Positions 23,921 through 37,746 of a stretch of 64,000 nucleotides of DNA are shown one piece after another. This DNA comes from Fistulifera solaris (Eukaryota), in NCBI GenBank assembly GCA_030295235.1, contig AP026131.1, positions 434,001 through 498,000 on the forward strand, written 5' to 3'. The first letter of the stretch is position 1. Each line of letters starts with the position of its first letter. A model generated the notes under the pieces. The model was given only the letters and a program-made list of their open reading frames with translations. It had not been told where the DNA came from and searched no databases. Made by a program: the position numbers and the translations under genes.

Positions 23921-24470
23921 TCAAAAGGCTTCACCTTCGACTAGGTCATCGACGTTAGTTTCAGTAGATGCTGGTCCATCCACAGTTATATTCTGTTTGA
24001 ATATGTCTTTCGCTTGACTATACCACTCGCTTGATTCCAAATCATTGTTGTGCGTTTCTAAGAACTGCTCTAAGTCTTGTACAGATTCGTCAAGACGTCT
24101 TTTTGAATCAGGCACCATCATATAACTCTCGTCCAAGACTTGCTGGAAGCGCTTAATATCGTACGAATCTTTGCTCGCATCCGCTTTGATATCGTTGAGC
24201 TTTTCTTCGTTTTCTTCGACTTCTTTAAGATAGTACGCGTGTTCTTTCATGAGACTTGACAAAAGTGAGTGAAAATTTGTCTAGAGAGCACCTCGGTCCT
24301 TCTTCAAGAGAAACCCCTTGCTTTTATTACTAGCAATAGCGCTGACAAAAAGCAACTCGCAGAATATAACGATCTATCTCCAAAATAAAAGAAATCTCTT
24401 ACCGCTGGCATGTTTTCGTTTTGATCATAAGCTCACGATGAGGGTCGGCTGCAGCTGCGTTTCGAGGCAT
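23921..24470 (-). CDS. TBCA: Tubulin-specific chaperone A
   Basis: Exon 1 MPRN...LMIKTKTCQR, intron 24402-24255, exon 2 LMKEHAYYLKE...QVLDESYMMVPDSKRRL. Confidence 0.9.
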
Positions 24471-24711
24471 TTTTGCAAGAACAAACGCAGATATTAAACA
24501 CTCTTTTAAAAGAAATTCGTCGACAAAAAAGAGTTGAATGACACCTTCTTGCTACCAATTCTCCTTTCCATCATTTGTTTGTTGTTTCGCATTGCCAAAA
24601 CATTGGAGGTGCGCTCCTTTCGCTCTCGTGTCGCTCGCATCGCTATCATCATCGTCGCTCGCGCTCACCGCTAAATTCCCCCCGGACAACAATTCAATTT
24701 ACTATAGGCTA

Positions 24712-24759
24712 AAGTGTATGTGAACTTTTCCATGACTGGATTATGGGCGTGAGTCGTGA
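24712..24759 (-). repeat. Dispersed hairpin+tail element, copy D
   Basis: The reverse complement reads TCACGACT-N13-CAGTCATGGAAAAGTTCACATACACTT. Confidence 0.55.
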
Positions 24760-24973
24760 CCATTGTACTAATTTACGTATAGTCCACTCGTTCGACAAAA
24801 AGAAAGTTCGGAAAACAAAAACGCGAAACGTCAACTGCGCACCGCCCTCGCCTCCGTTTTTGAGCGGGATCTCCATTGCGCCTGTTCTAATCTTCATTGT
24901 TACAGTTTGAGCAAACACTACAACCCCCAAACACCACTTTGAGACGGGTAGACTTTGAAGAGATCACATCAAA

Positions 24974-27900
24974 ATGAGACGACGCAAGCCGTTCAAACAA
25001 GTCGATGGAAATCGTCGCGATCGCCATGCACCGCCCAATGATGCGCAAGATGATGATTCGAAGAACAGTGCATACTCACCCACAGCCAGCATTGTTGCGA
25101 AAACTCGTCATTTGGTCAACGACGACGCATTCAACTTTCTGTCATCGTCATTGGAGCTCAAATTTGCGCGAAAGCACGAAGAACGACAGAAAAAAGCGAG
25201 GGTCGAAATCGCGAATTCACGAGAACGATCGATCAAAGAAAAAGCCACTCAGGTCGAAAAGAAAACCAACACCAATACATCTCAATTTGGAAGCCAGACA
25301 AAGACGCCTAAAATCAGTAATTGCACCGGGAATGATAACAACAACAAAACGACGCCGAACACGAATAAAGTTGTGGGTGTGAAACGAAACAATGATGAAG
25401 AGCCACAGCGTGTGCCTGTTGAAGGCAGCAACCAAAAATCGAAGTCACTTTTGCCGTTGAAAAGCCGAAGCTCGCGACGATAGAAGAAGAAGATCCTATG
25501 CAGCTTTCAGATACGATTGGCGCTGACGAGCGAGCTGCTTTGCGCACCGGCCAGTTGGAAAAACTCAAAAATCGCCAAAGAGGAACAAATCGCTTGTGGG
25601 CCCGACCTTGACGGTAAGGAGAAGGCTCAGCATCGCGACGATTCAAACAGTGAGCATGTTGACGCTTACAATCGGACAAATGACGATAACCTTTACATTC
25701 AAGAAACTACGTTGAAGACACCGGTCGCGAAAGCTTTGACCTCTTCTCGGGAAAAAGTCGATACGGGTATATCTGATCTTTCGTCACGGCTAGGAAAACA
25801 TTTAGAAATAAGGGATGAGAGCCTGGATGATATGGAATTAGTCGCAACTGACGATAAATCGCTGAGGAGCTCTTCGGCCTCTTCGCGCGAAGAATCCTAC
25901 GATAACGTTTCTCACGGTGTCGAGCAAGCACCTACCCCACCGCCTAGCGTTCTTAGCATTCCCAAAGCTTCTTCGCAAAACGAGCCGAATGATTTCCGAA
26001 ACGACACTAAACGCTTCGAAAGTCCGGAATTGCCGGTTGCTGCGTCGCCTGCACAAAGTCTCTACAAGTCTGGTCATTCATCACAAGACATGGTGAAAAC
26101 TGCGCTTAGCAAACGGTTCCAAAACTCTCCCATCATGCCCAACAGCACATCGCTTTCCAAAACGCCTGTCGCTTTCAAGACAAAGGATCGCCAACGATTA
26201 TTACGCCGTGATAGCGTGGAGCGGAAAATCGAAAATGGCGAAATGCAGCGAGTTTCCGAAACAAATGTGATCATCGGTGACGGGTTGCGTCTCGAGGAAG
26301 GCGGGTCGAAACAAGAAGAGGAAACTCAAGGGCGGAAGGTGATAGAGGGCTCGCCCGAGGGGACCGTCGATAAAATACTGCGCGAGCTGATTGCGACTCC
26401 TCCAGATAACGCAGAAGCTGTTCGAGCTATGCTAACTAGCTGTAAGGAAGACTGGTCACTGCCCGATGACCTTCTTGGTCAAGGATTCGTCATCGAATTT
26501 GACCGCACTAGGAAAGAAGGATTGTGCGATGAAGCCAGTGAAGTTACGTGCGACATTGATCTTATCCGCAAACGAAAGAAAAACGAGGATATGCCGAAAG
26601 CAAGAAAGCGAACTAAGACGTCTGCCAGTATTGTCCATGATCGTAAAGATGAACAGTGTGATCCTTCCGACTGTAGTGCGTGGCAGAAATCTCTAGATTC
26701 AATTCAAAAGACGCACGAAACAGGTTTACCGAAAGCTACATCGGAGAAAAAGGAAACCGCCGCCGAGTATAGCAATGCAAAGCAATTGCTAGACCAAACA
26801 ATTCCTTCTGCAGCAACGCCTGCTGTTGTGAAAAGTAACAGAACATTACCAGTGACTCCGCCAACGGACCCCTACTTTGGGTTCCCGAGCCCATTGTCAT
26901 CTGAAGCGACAACCAAAAACTTTCCACCGAAACGAAAGCCCAAATAAATTCTCCCTATCTCTGGACTGCTCAAAGAGCAGGACATCTTATTGTTGAGCCA
27001 ATATTCCAGCTCGATGGCAATTTTTATCGGCATCCTCCGTTACCTCCTGGGTGGACAATCTCTGTTTCGCAAACTCGCAGTCAACCTTTCTACCACCATC
27101 CGGATTTCGGATCTACATGGTATCCACCAGTGCCGCTGCCCATGACGGATGGAAACTTTGTCGGTCGACGTATGCTCGTGTCAACACACTCTGCTGAGAA
27201 AATGATTCCTTGGAGTGCCTTTGTGAGCCAACTAATGCAAAATAATACGCAGGTAGCAACATCTCAGGGGAAACAATTCTCAGTATCAGATGCCAATCCG
27301 TGCGAAGAACTGTCTTCATGTGTACTTAAAAGCGCTTTTCATCGAGAGACACCGAAGTTGCCCACAATAAGTCGCAATGTGGCTTTCTCAGACCAAAGTG
27401 CTTACAAAGCGGAGGCGAACTCTGTTTCTCGTGTACAAAATGGTCAAATGTCAGTTCCATCTTCCGGTGACCAAGCTCAGAAAAGCTCACCTTCGGAATC
27501 GTCCGAAAGTGTACTTTCAAGACAGAACCATGAAGGACTTGTACTTGATCCGCATGGAAGCGATTGCATTGACCACGTCGAAGTAGTATCTAAATATGCT
27601 AGTGACCATCCGGCAGGAAAGAAAGAACTACTGCGATCACAACATCAAAGTCCGGAGATTTCGGAGTCATCGGTGCCCACCAGCCAAAGTGCTACCTCAA
27701 CGGCGAGCGGTGCTTCTGCAAATTCATCCGAAAGACACGTCCAGGGAATCCTTGATACCCCTGCGCATTCAAAGGCAGAAAGCCATGGACCGCGGAAGAG
27801 TTTCGAAAACAATCCAACTTCTCTGCAGTGGAAGCATCACCTCTATGTCGATGACTTTAGGGGCGTCGGATACGAAAGTGAGATCAGCATACAGGAAACT

Positions 27901-28671
27901 TGCGAGCCTGATAAAGCTTCTAAAGATGTCGGTAGTGGCGATATGAATTTAGGAAGGAAGCACGTCTGTTTGTCGGAGGAAGGAAGTCCAGATCGTGCCA
28001 GGAATGATTGCTCAGACACCGAATCGAGGGACCCTCAAAAGTCCGACTCACGTGAAATTTGTCTTGCTCAATCGAATGATCTCGAATCGCCGAACTCTCC
28101 TCAACTTCACGACAACGACTTCCCAGCTGCTGACGACGACGACGACGATCATATCTTGGACAGAGAATCTCCTGCAAAGTATTTGAAAGACCCTGATTCC
28201 GGGAGCGGCGCTGTCGCTGATCTGCATGAAACTCAAAACTGGTTGAATAGTAGTGCTGATGACGATGGGGAAAACTGGGATTCCCCTGGGCTGCCTCCCA
28301 CAAACGAACCTGAAAGCCCATACGACGGACTAGTAGGTCAACTGAAGAATGCACTCAAAGCCAATTCTATATTCGTTCCTCGCGTGAAACGAAGTGAGCT
28401 AGATGAATCAAACACGCACATTCGAAGAGGAGCAGACGATACAAGTGTCGATTCATGGCGATCACGTGCATCGAGTCTCATGAGTAGCAGCAGCCATCGC
28501 GTCCGCTTTCCACCTATGCCTCTTTGCAGTCTCCAGTCACTCGAAGCTTGCCCTATCATAGAAATCAAAGTAGCTCGGAATGATCGTTCTCGAAAGACTA
28601 AGCCTTCAAACAAAGTGAAGAAGATTTTTTCGAAGAAGCCAAAGAGAATGCGTGCATCGAAAGCATTTTGA
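24974..28671 (+). CDS. Large serine-rich low-complexity hypothetical protein (several frameshifts)
   Basis: Collinear ORFs 24974-25483, 25517-26947 and 27130-28671 share a similar composition; no recognisable domain. Confidence 0.6.
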
Positions 28672-28754
28672 TGAGAACACTGCACCTTGTTTATGATAGG
28701 ATTACATAAACTAAGTAGTGATCATCATCTCATCAGCCAGTAGAGCCAAGGGGT

Positions 28755-29318
28755 TTATCCAAGTATCGATTTGATTTGTTCGGGGGTCAGGTCCAAGCGT
28801 AGTGGTACAGCTACTAACGGGCTGGTACCAGGTCGAGGTTTCTTTGTCGTCTCTGATATCTGATACAACACGTAGTCGAGTTGATCATAATCTTTCAGTA
28901 TTTCAACAACCGCTTGTAGGTGACACAGGTAATCATACTCAGAAGCGTGACGAAAAGGCCGCTTTCCGAGACGGAAAGGGAGAATATTCAGATAAAGTTT
29001 CTTAAACCCCATTGATTCTACTCGATTGAAATCGACGTCAAAACAAGCGCCCCACTTTTGGTAAATAATATCCCTTAGTGCGTAGCCATCAAAGTCGGCT
29101 TGTTCTTGGATCGTATCTTTGATTTTTTGAAAGGCCTCGACCGAAAAGTCCTCGTCGGCGTCAGCATCATCTTTCGCGCTTTGACAAGAGATGCGATTGT
29201 AAACTTTATGTCTCGCCCGTAATGCCACGGCACAGTTTGGTGAATAAGAATGATATTCACGAGGAAATAGGCTGAAAAACGCAATGAACACAAGACGAAC
29301 GATACTCATGGTCGACAT
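28755..29318 (-). CDS. DUF3067-family protein, probably plastid-targeted
   Basis: LRDIIYQKWGACFDV...YLCHLQAVVEIL resembles the cyanobacterial/plastid DUF3067 pattern; the N-terminus looks like a presequence. Confidence 0.7.
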   Translation of the reverse strand: MSTMSIVRLVFIAFFSLFPREYHSYSPNCAVALRARHKVYNRISCQSAKDDADADEDFSVEAFQKIKDTIQEQADFDGYALRDIIYQKWGACFDVDFNRVESMGFKKLYLNILPFRLGKRPFRHASEYDYLCHLQAVVEILKDYDQLDYVLYQISETTKKPRPGTSPLVAVPLRLDLTPEQIKSILG

Positions 29319-29492
29319 GAAACTTGCTGTGGCATTCAGTTATTTTGTGCGTTTTTGTTCGAGGTTCGAGCTTCAAACAGTAAACCCTTCGAGCTTCATT
29401 GAGGTCATCGTACGCAGGACGTACAATAAAGCTAAGTACTCCGGAGTAGGAGCTATAGAATGTTTATTTCTACTTTGAATTTAATAGCTAAA

Positions 29493-32008
29493 TCAATATA
29501 GATCCACCCAATCACGAGAGTATTCATCGTGATCGGAGATAGGACTATCCTCTGAGTTTTGCTCAAAGCTATTGCGCCGCATCACCAGGTTTAGAATACT
29601 AGGTGGAGGATCTCCGTCTTCGTTGCGTTCAACTAGCATGGGTTTTCGTCTTTCGACAAGGAATTGAAGCCTTTTGCGAGAACGGGGTACCTCTTTTCCT
29701 TCGAGTAAGGCTATGCATTCGTCGAAGGCATCTGCGATGCTGTAATGTAGTTTGATCATAGCAACATGTTCGTATGCCGCCACTGCGCCCGCTTGGTAAT
29801 AACGGTAAAGATCATCAAGTGATGGGTCTTCAAACAGCTGGAAGTCACAATGATGTGAATAAAATATTCATGTCAACGCGACAAATCAAAATCAAAAGAA
29901 AATGACTTACCTTGAAATAGTCTTGGAATGACACCTGTGGAACAATAGTAGTAGAACCAACAAACTCCTGTGTCAACAAAGTAGACGTGAACCCCACCGC
30001 AGCTTCTACATCGTCTAAAAATCGAAGTTTTGCCTTCATGTCTGTTTTCAAATACATCTCCAAAGCAGCAAGTAAAAAACCTCCGCGCCAACTCGATTCC
30101 TGAGTTCCGCTTGACCAACGGCTCGGGCGTCCCACTGTACCCTTCGGCCCGAAGAAGAAGGGGACGATGTGCGGCTAGATACAGCATGGTCAGACGTGAG
30201 GCGCAGTTTAACACGACGGGCAGGGCAATATCTTCACTTACGTTACACTGACAAACAACAAAGAACTGGCAGTTTAACATTTCTGCAAGCCCGTTCACTG
30301 GAATGTCTTGCCTGATTGACCCGTCAAAATAAGTCTCATCTGTATCACTGATTTTAGTGGAAATTTTGCCTTTGATTTTGTGTTGAAGACGCACAGGAGG
30401 AATGAAACCGGGTACAGCAGCGCTCGCAACAACGGCAGAGGCTATAGTCACGTTGGGAGCTGTCAAATGGTTAAGTAGAACAGGTGGAGCCTTCTTCGTA
30501 GTCGAAGACAACGTGATGCAGAAAACGCGACCGGTCTTCTGATATGCTTCCTCGAATGTCAAATCGCCACAGGTGAACCATGCAATAAGTTTCATCCATT
30601 CGTCAAAATCGAACATATTTCCATTGTTCCAAATGCCCTTCAGTCGTTCTCGCCAAGGTCTGGCAAAACAGACCAGCTTTTCTACCACTACGTCGGGTCG
30701 TAGAGCATGTCGAAGCTCCGCGTCGGTGCGCGTGCACAAGATCGCTCCGATTACACTGCCGGCAGAGGTGCCGGAGATGATATGAGGCAACATACCTGTT
30801 TCCAACAAACCTACAACATGACCAAAATGGTAGCATCCCATCATGGCCCCACCCGATAAACACAATGCAGTGCGTCCATAGGCAGCACGAGCTCTCTTGA
30901 AAAACTTTAATAGATCCTCCTTCGCCAACGAAGTATGCTCGGAAATCTGAGGTGTAGGTTGGTGATTGCTACGATCAAGCCAATGTAAGGTAATATCGAC
31001 CAAATTTTTCATCAGTTTGTTCTTCTCTTCTCTAACTTGTTCCCTCAACTCATCCGAAGAAGCCACATTGTCTTGCTGAAGCATGGTTTGCTCCGTCACC
31101 CACCGTATGGTCGTTTCCACCAAGTTTACAAATTCTGTAACGATATATTTCGGCTCTCCTGTATTACTATACGAAAAAAGATCCTCACTCATGACTCCAC
31201 CGACATTCTTCCGCGTACATTGCTGTAAAACAGCTAGAGCTTGTACCGCATCATCGCTCTCCATAGCCGCTTTCATGTCTTGCATGAGCTCAAGAACGAA
31301 CCCCCAATTGTATCTGCGATTATAGTCTTGCTGCTTGAGCCACAAGTGACGTTTTTGTGACTGATCCAAAGCCTGTGCGGCTTGATACCATTCCGTATAG
31401 CTAGCTGCATTTTGCATTTTCCGTCTCCACGCTCGATGCTTCGGTCTCGCCACGAGCGCTTCCGCTAGACGAATCGCTAACCGGATCACCACATAAACGC
31501 ACAGCTCCGTCCAAATCAGCAAATACACAAGACCCAGAACCGGCCAACGGAGAATTCGAGCCGATAAACCGTGCGAACGACCCGGAATAATCGAAAGCAA
31601 CGTCAACAGCACCAAGATACCGCCGCAAGATCGGAAAAGAAACACTCCGACTTTAAAATCCATCAGCGGCCACGATTGTGAGAACCACGCCCACCACGAT
31701 TGTTCATGACGACGAAGAATCGCCGTCAGATTCAGTAAGTCGCTCTCGCTCATCCGCGTCTCCAAATTCGAAAGCCAGGTTTCGAGAGGTGTCATGACAT
31801 CGTGCGATGAAAACTGCGGCAGTAATTGCTGACCAAGACGGGAAAGTAATTCCCACGTATCTTGTCTCCAACGAATCAGTAAGTGAGGTAAGGTCGATAC
31901 CAGTGCGGGTAAGATGTGTTCTTTGTAGTAATGGTAAACGGACTCCGGAGTAATCATCGGATGTGACGGCTTTTCATTTTTTCGAGACGACGACGATGAT
32001 GACTTCAT
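29493..32008 (-). CDS. Patatin-like triacylglycerol lipase (SDP1/TGL3-4 family)
   Basis: GRTALCLSGGA, GTSAG nucleophile motif, ASAAVPG and FDGS. Introns lie near 30241-30179 and 29910-29843. Confidence 0.92.
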
Positions 32009-32545
32009 CGATAAGCGACGCTCCGGGCTTTCTCTTGCTATAACTGATCTTGACACAAGTGAAACGGATGTTCTCTTGCTACCTAGTGAGCAGACTGTAA
32101 AAGTTTATGGTGTTGAAGTCCGATAGATGAAAGCCAAAGAGGAAAAAGCGACCTTCGATCTGTGTTTGTTTTGTGTTTTGTCAAAACGCGGCGGAACGCG
32201 GAAAGAAAGCGAGGTGAACCTTACGGTACTCGTTCTTCATAGTTCGGACAAACGTTGGTGTCGCAGGTGTCAATACTTTATGTTATAAAGTGGATCCTGC
32301 TGACTCGGTCACGTACAACAAACTCTATACTGACGCACCTCGACGGAAGATCCGGCAGTCATCGTCTTGCCACCCATACGTCAAGCTTAGCTTGATACGG
32401 TGTGTACGTATTCTAGGCGGGGACTTTCCAAGCGTTGCATTTCTGCTGTCTTAAGCAGTTTGAATATTATTTGACGCCAATTATCCTTTCCATGTGTAAA
32501 AGATAAATGTGTCTATGAACACTATGATGGCATGTCGGGCTAGGG

Positions 32546-33093
32546 AAACCCAACAAAGATCGCGATCGAAATTTTACAGCTTCCGGGTCCCCCCTACACT
32601 GATAAATTTCCTACGGGGCTTACGCAATATAGACGTAGACTTTCAAAGTAATACATCTTTGCTCTTTTCGAGGTTTTGAGATTGATTCATTGCCAATTAT
32701 TCAGTAATGTCACGGAAAATCTATGTTGCTGAACATTACAATGGCATTGGTTGCAAAAACACTCCATAATTGATGAGGTCGGAAATGGAAATGCACTTTA
32801 TCCGGGTATCCCTCTGTCGATAAACTTCTCTACCAGGCCTACGTGCAAAGCACGTAGACATTCATAACGTTGCATCTTTCCTCTTTTGGGAGTTTTGGAT
32901 TCAGATTGCTGTCACTTGTCATTATTTGTTGATTTAAATAACGGTCGTCTTCTTCAAGTTTAAGACGGCACTTGGGACAAGTAAACCCAACAAAGGTCGC
33001 GATGGGAATTACACAGTTTCCGGGTTCCCCTACATTGATATATTTCCTACGGGGCCCACGTATTATACACGTAGACTTTCAAAGTAATGCATC
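32546..33093. repeat. Decayed tandem triplication, ~218-bp period
   Basis: Anchor CCGGGT at 32583/32802/33020 and CGTAGAC at 32634/32853/33070. Copies 1 and 3 align over about 110 bp. Confidence 0.75.
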
Positions 33094-33440
33094 CTCGCTT
33101 ATTTGGACGTTTGAAGAGCAATTTAGACTATTTGATCTCCTTTTATATTTTAAGCAGTCAAAGACATAAGTAGAAAATCAATCAACACTGCCTATTACTA
33201 TCAATCAATGATGATTATTTTCCTACGAGCCGTACTCAAGAGGCCAGTCCTGACTGGATCTCATTCACGGTTGTAACGTCGATCTAGCGTCCGAAACGAG
33301 AAGGATCGCGATGAGCGGACGTCGAACGGATGGCCATTCGACATGTTTTTTTTTCAGTGACACCCTTGTGCAGTCTGATGGCTCGGAGCTCGTTCTCCTT
33401 GTAATCTATTATCCGGTCTCTTTTCTTTAGAACACATACA

Positions 33441-34888
33441 ATGTTTCGCAAGAAAGCTTTGTTTTATTTGGTTCTCTCGTCCTTGGCGACGAGCCAAGCC
33501 CTGTCGTTCCTCGGCCTTTCGGTGCCGAGGTACGAGGAGGCGGCGGAGGTGCCAACAAAAGCCAAGTAGCCCGCCCCAACTCGGCCGCCGCCAGTGAGTC
33601 AGGCGAAGGCACGGCTACTATTCCCAATGAAGTTTTTAATCTCGTCAAAAGTATTGTAGGAGCTGGTGTCTTGAGTCTTCCGTATGGTGTGGCTGCTTTC
33701 GGAAACGCCCCATCGGCTCTCGCTCTAGGTATCGGCTTGATTGCTCTCACTGGACTCATTTCGGCATATACTTTTGGCTTGATCGGACGCATCTGTCAAA
33801 AGACAAAAACCAGTAGCTATGCAGATGCATGGGACGTTGCTGTCGGGAAATCCACCTCGGCTTTGATCGCTTTCTCTTGCTTCTTTGATTGTTTCATGGG
33901 CAATTTGAGTTACAGCATGATTCTGGCCGACACGGTCGCTAACCTTGCGGCATCCGCCGGATATGCCTTGACGCGCACGCAAGCCCTGTTGGGTGTGACT
34001 TCGATTGTACTATTTCCTCTCTGTATGCTCAAGAACCTGAGTAGCTTGGCTCCCTTTTCGCTGGTTCGTATAATGTGATGTGATGCTATGGTGGACTGGA
34101 TCAGCCGATATTGACTCACAGCATCCTTTTTCACACATTAGGTCGGTATTGTAGGCATGTTGTACACTACAGCAGCCATGGGGCTACGATTCTTCGGTGG
34201 CGCCTACAAGGAGGGAGGTGCTTTTTTTGCGAGTCAACTGGCAAAACCTGTCTTTGGTTCAGCGGGTGCGGCCGCAGCCCTTTCCCCACGTAGTCTCATC
34301 CTAGCCTGCATGTTGTCGAACGCATACATTGCGCATTTCAATGCTCCCAAGTTTTTGACGGAGCTCAAGAATAATACCATGTCACGATTCCATCAAGTCA
34401 TTGGCTGGTCTTTCGGTATCAGTATCGCTCTCTACGCGGCTGTTACAAGTTTCGGCTTTTTGACATTCGGAGCAGCATCCAACGGTCTTATTCTCAACAA
34501 TTACAGCAACGCCGACGCTTTGGCTTCTCTAGCTCGTATTGCTGTCGCCATCAGCGTTACATGCAGTTATCCGCTCATCTTTGTCGGCTGTCGCGATGGT
34601 ATCTTGGACTTGTTCAAGGTCAAGAAACGCAGCAATAACCTCATTGATAAAATCACAGTGGCTACGCTGGCCGTTGTGACCTTGCTAGCGTCGCAATTGC
34701 GCGATTTGGGCTTGGTCGCTTCTCTTGGTGGTGCTACCTTTGGAACTGCCTTGGTTTTCGTTTACCCAACGATCATGTTTTTGAAGACGCAAGAAAAGAA
34801 AACAGCGGAAACCATTCCAGCTGTGCTTATTGGTGTTTTGGGACTTGTGATGGGCGCGATCGGAACTGTGTTATCATTTAAGGGATGA
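33441..34888 (+). CDS. Amino acid transporter (AAAP/SLC38-like)
   Basis: FNLVKSIVGAGVLSLPY, LSSLAPFSL, AYIAHFN and SYPL. There is an intron at ~34064-34141; a signal peptide is joined to the main frame by a frameshift at ~33510. Confidence 0.9.
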
Positions 34889-35039
34889 GGCGTTGCGCGT
34901 TGCGGTGTGTCTCTCCTTATTTTAAAATCAAATAAGTACGATGTGTCAAGTGTTCTTATGTAATGGTTTCAAGTTATATTTGGACGCTTCTCAAAGCAGT
35001 CATCAAATCAATGTTCAAAATCAACAGAAATGGTGGCTA

Positions 35040-35695
35040 TTAGTTGAAACGAAGTCGCTTCAAAGCTTGAAATCCGTCACCAGGAATGGATTCCGGATGT
35101 TGAGACAATACTGAACATTGATTCAACAAAGCTTTCGTGACTAAGCTCAGTAATACGTTTTGTTGCTGCATGCCGGCCGTGTGCTGCTCCAGTGCTGCTG
35201 ATATTCGCTGTAATGTTTCCGACGTATTTCTTTGATCCAATCGATTCGTCTCAATGTCTTCAACAAATCGCGGTTCGGGCGGCTGGGTCACCTTGCTCTG
35301 TCCCTGTAACACTGCGATCAACATATTCTTGGTGACTTTTGGGCTGGCTACGTCGATTGGACTCTTTCCAGAATTATTCAGCATAAAAGGGTCTCCTCCT
35401 TTTGAGATTAGGTAACAAGCAATGTCCACGAGACCATGCTGAAGCATGTAGTGAAGGGGAGTCCACCCGACCTTATTTCGCACGTTGATTTGAGCTCCAG
35501 CTTCGACTAACATCCGAGTGATCCGTTCATCTCTTGACTCGTGCAATGGAGCAAAACCGTGTTCATTGGTCTCATTGACGTTGACACCGGAATCGATGAG
35601 TACCTGAACTATATCACGTTGGTGTTTTTTACGGCGAAGAGCAGCCGTTCGGTACTCTCGCTTCGCCTTGCCGCCATTAAAAGTTGGTCAGTCAT
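35040..35695 (-). CDS. Ankyrin repeat protein
   Basis: LIDSGVNVNETNEHGFAPLH, AGAQINVRNKVGWTPLH and GKSPID, with a frameshift in an A-run at ~35627. The start is approximate. Confidence 0.8.
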
Positions 35696-36519
35696 TCAGA
35701 AGATTATGAGTTCGGTCGCAGTGTTTTTGTCCTTGTTGACGGGAGCAACAAAGATCAGTGGTTGCAAGCTTTTATCACAACAAGTTAGTTGACTTTTACA
35801 TCATGTCAAGAATTGTGGGACGATAGGGACGAAGCTGAAGTATCAAAGCGGAAAACAGAAAAGAGTGGTGGATCGACGTGTTTGTTTTTGGAAGTGACGT
35901 GGCCCCAGCAATGTTTCGCACGGTTGCTTTCCACATTGAACTCACAAACGAAGAGGGTTTTTAGGTACTTCTTGACATTACACTAAATCAACGTCATTGT
36001 GACGTATTTCTTCTTTGGCCTAAATGAGATGGAAGCCTATTCCTCTACTATCCTGTTAGAAGAGCAAAGAAATCCACTGGGCGTTTTACTATTGTCGATG
36101 GTGTACACGAAGCGCGTGTCGCCGAGTTTCACACGACTGACTCGCGACTAAGGTTCATAGTTGCGTGACACGAACAAAACGCCTAAGTTATCGTTATCGT
36201 TACGTGACCGACATTCGAGCCTATTACTCCGTATGATTGTCCAAGCTTTGACAGAAAGATTAGACCATTGATCATGAATCTAAACGGTAATTCATGCATT
36301 GACGGTAAAACAATTCACGCTTTGCTGATCAATAGGATCTCGATTGATTGATTGTAGGTTGAAACGTCAATTGTAGATTTCAGCGTGCGAGGCAAGGTAT
36401 AAGCTTCATGCTGATCACTGCTACATTCAACGCATTGAGTTATCCATCGTTCGTAAATCAAAAAATTGGAGCGACTATTTCTGCAGAATCATCGATGAGA
36501 TTCAAAACTTACTGTTAAA

Positions 36520-37280
36520 TTAATTTTCGAAGTTCATCTCTTTCGTCGGAACTGAGTTTTTGCAAGCAAACATGCGTATGAAGATCATCCGCACACGCAT
36601 TGCGAGTCGTATAGAGCTCGGCAATGCGCCACTTCCTGAGTAGCCCCCTTCCAGAGGAACTCGTGGGCACTGCTGTTCAGTATTTGCGTGCGAAAGGAAA
36701 AGGCGCAGTAACCGTGATCTTCCAGTAATTCCACAAACCAGTCGATCGCTTCCACGGGAATATGACCATGATTGATAGATCCCACACACGTGATCCCTGC
36801 AAATCGAACACCGCTACCGAGCGTTTGCTGTAAGGGCCCATCTGGTTTAAGCAAATCCTCGGCGGCGCCTTCAATCAAGCTGTCGTAAACTTTCTTTTCT
36901 TCGGCAATTTTCAGCATATCCGGACTGAGATCATAGGCAATTATAGTCCTTTTCGGTAAAAGTTCTCGTAACGTCACGCCCACCAGCCCCGTTCCAGCGC
37001 CAACATCCAGAATCGGCCCGTTGCTCGTTGGTGTCGCCAATCCGCCAAGCTCTGCATTGCCACTTTCCACATAACGACACAATAATCGAGCCACCATTTG
37101 CGGTGCTTTCCATTTGTTCTTTTCGACTTCACTGTATTCGTAGAGAGGCGCCCACTGCTGATACGCACGTTTGCAATCATCGTGCGTCTGGGCCTCGTAC
37201 ACGGCTTGGTACATTTTCGACAATTGTTCGTCCATCTCGTGCTGGCCGAGGCCCGTGTGTAATGCGTTCGTCTCGGTCAT
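36520..37280 (-). CDS. Class I SAM-dependent methyltransferase (METTL27/WBSCR27-like)
   Basis: YQQWAPLY, ILDVGAGTGLVG and DLSPDML. The C-terminus is probably frameshifted. Confidence 0.8.
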
Positions 37281-37402
37281 GCGTATTGCAGTGTAATAGA
37301 GCTTTCACTGATTATTCATGCCACTGAAAGATACAAAAATTATTTCAAGGCAGTTAGAGTTGCATTGTATTGTTGTTTGTTTTGTGTTTTGTGCGTGTCG
37401 AG

Positions 37403-37597
37403 TTCATGACTCCTCCTCGTGACAAATCATCCAGTCCTGAAAAAAAGTAATATACAATCTAGACAACAGTAATTTTGTAGCGGCACTGGATGCTATCATG
37501 ACCGCCCTAAATTTGATCACGCTGCGATCCGGTTATCTGAGTGTTTGATTGCTAATTCAAGACTGAAATGCAGTCTTGGAAAAGTGAGGTTACACTT
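37403..37597 (+). repeat. Dispersed hairpin+tail element, copies E (37403-37456, degenerate) and B (37556-37597)
   Basis: Copy B is TTCAAGACTGAAATGCAGTCTTGGAAAAGTGAGGTTACACTT. Copy E is TTCATGACT-N20-CAGTCCTGAAAAAAAGTAATATACA. Confidence 0.65.
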
Positions 37598-37746
37598 ATT
37601 TTTATACTCCGTAGTAAGGTTACCTGGTAATTATTTGTTGCATCGCAAATGACGACCACAAGCACCAAAGTGATTCATCTTAATAATAATTCATGATATC
37701 CAAATAAATTGCATAATTTATACAACTTTACAAACAAATCAGTGTC

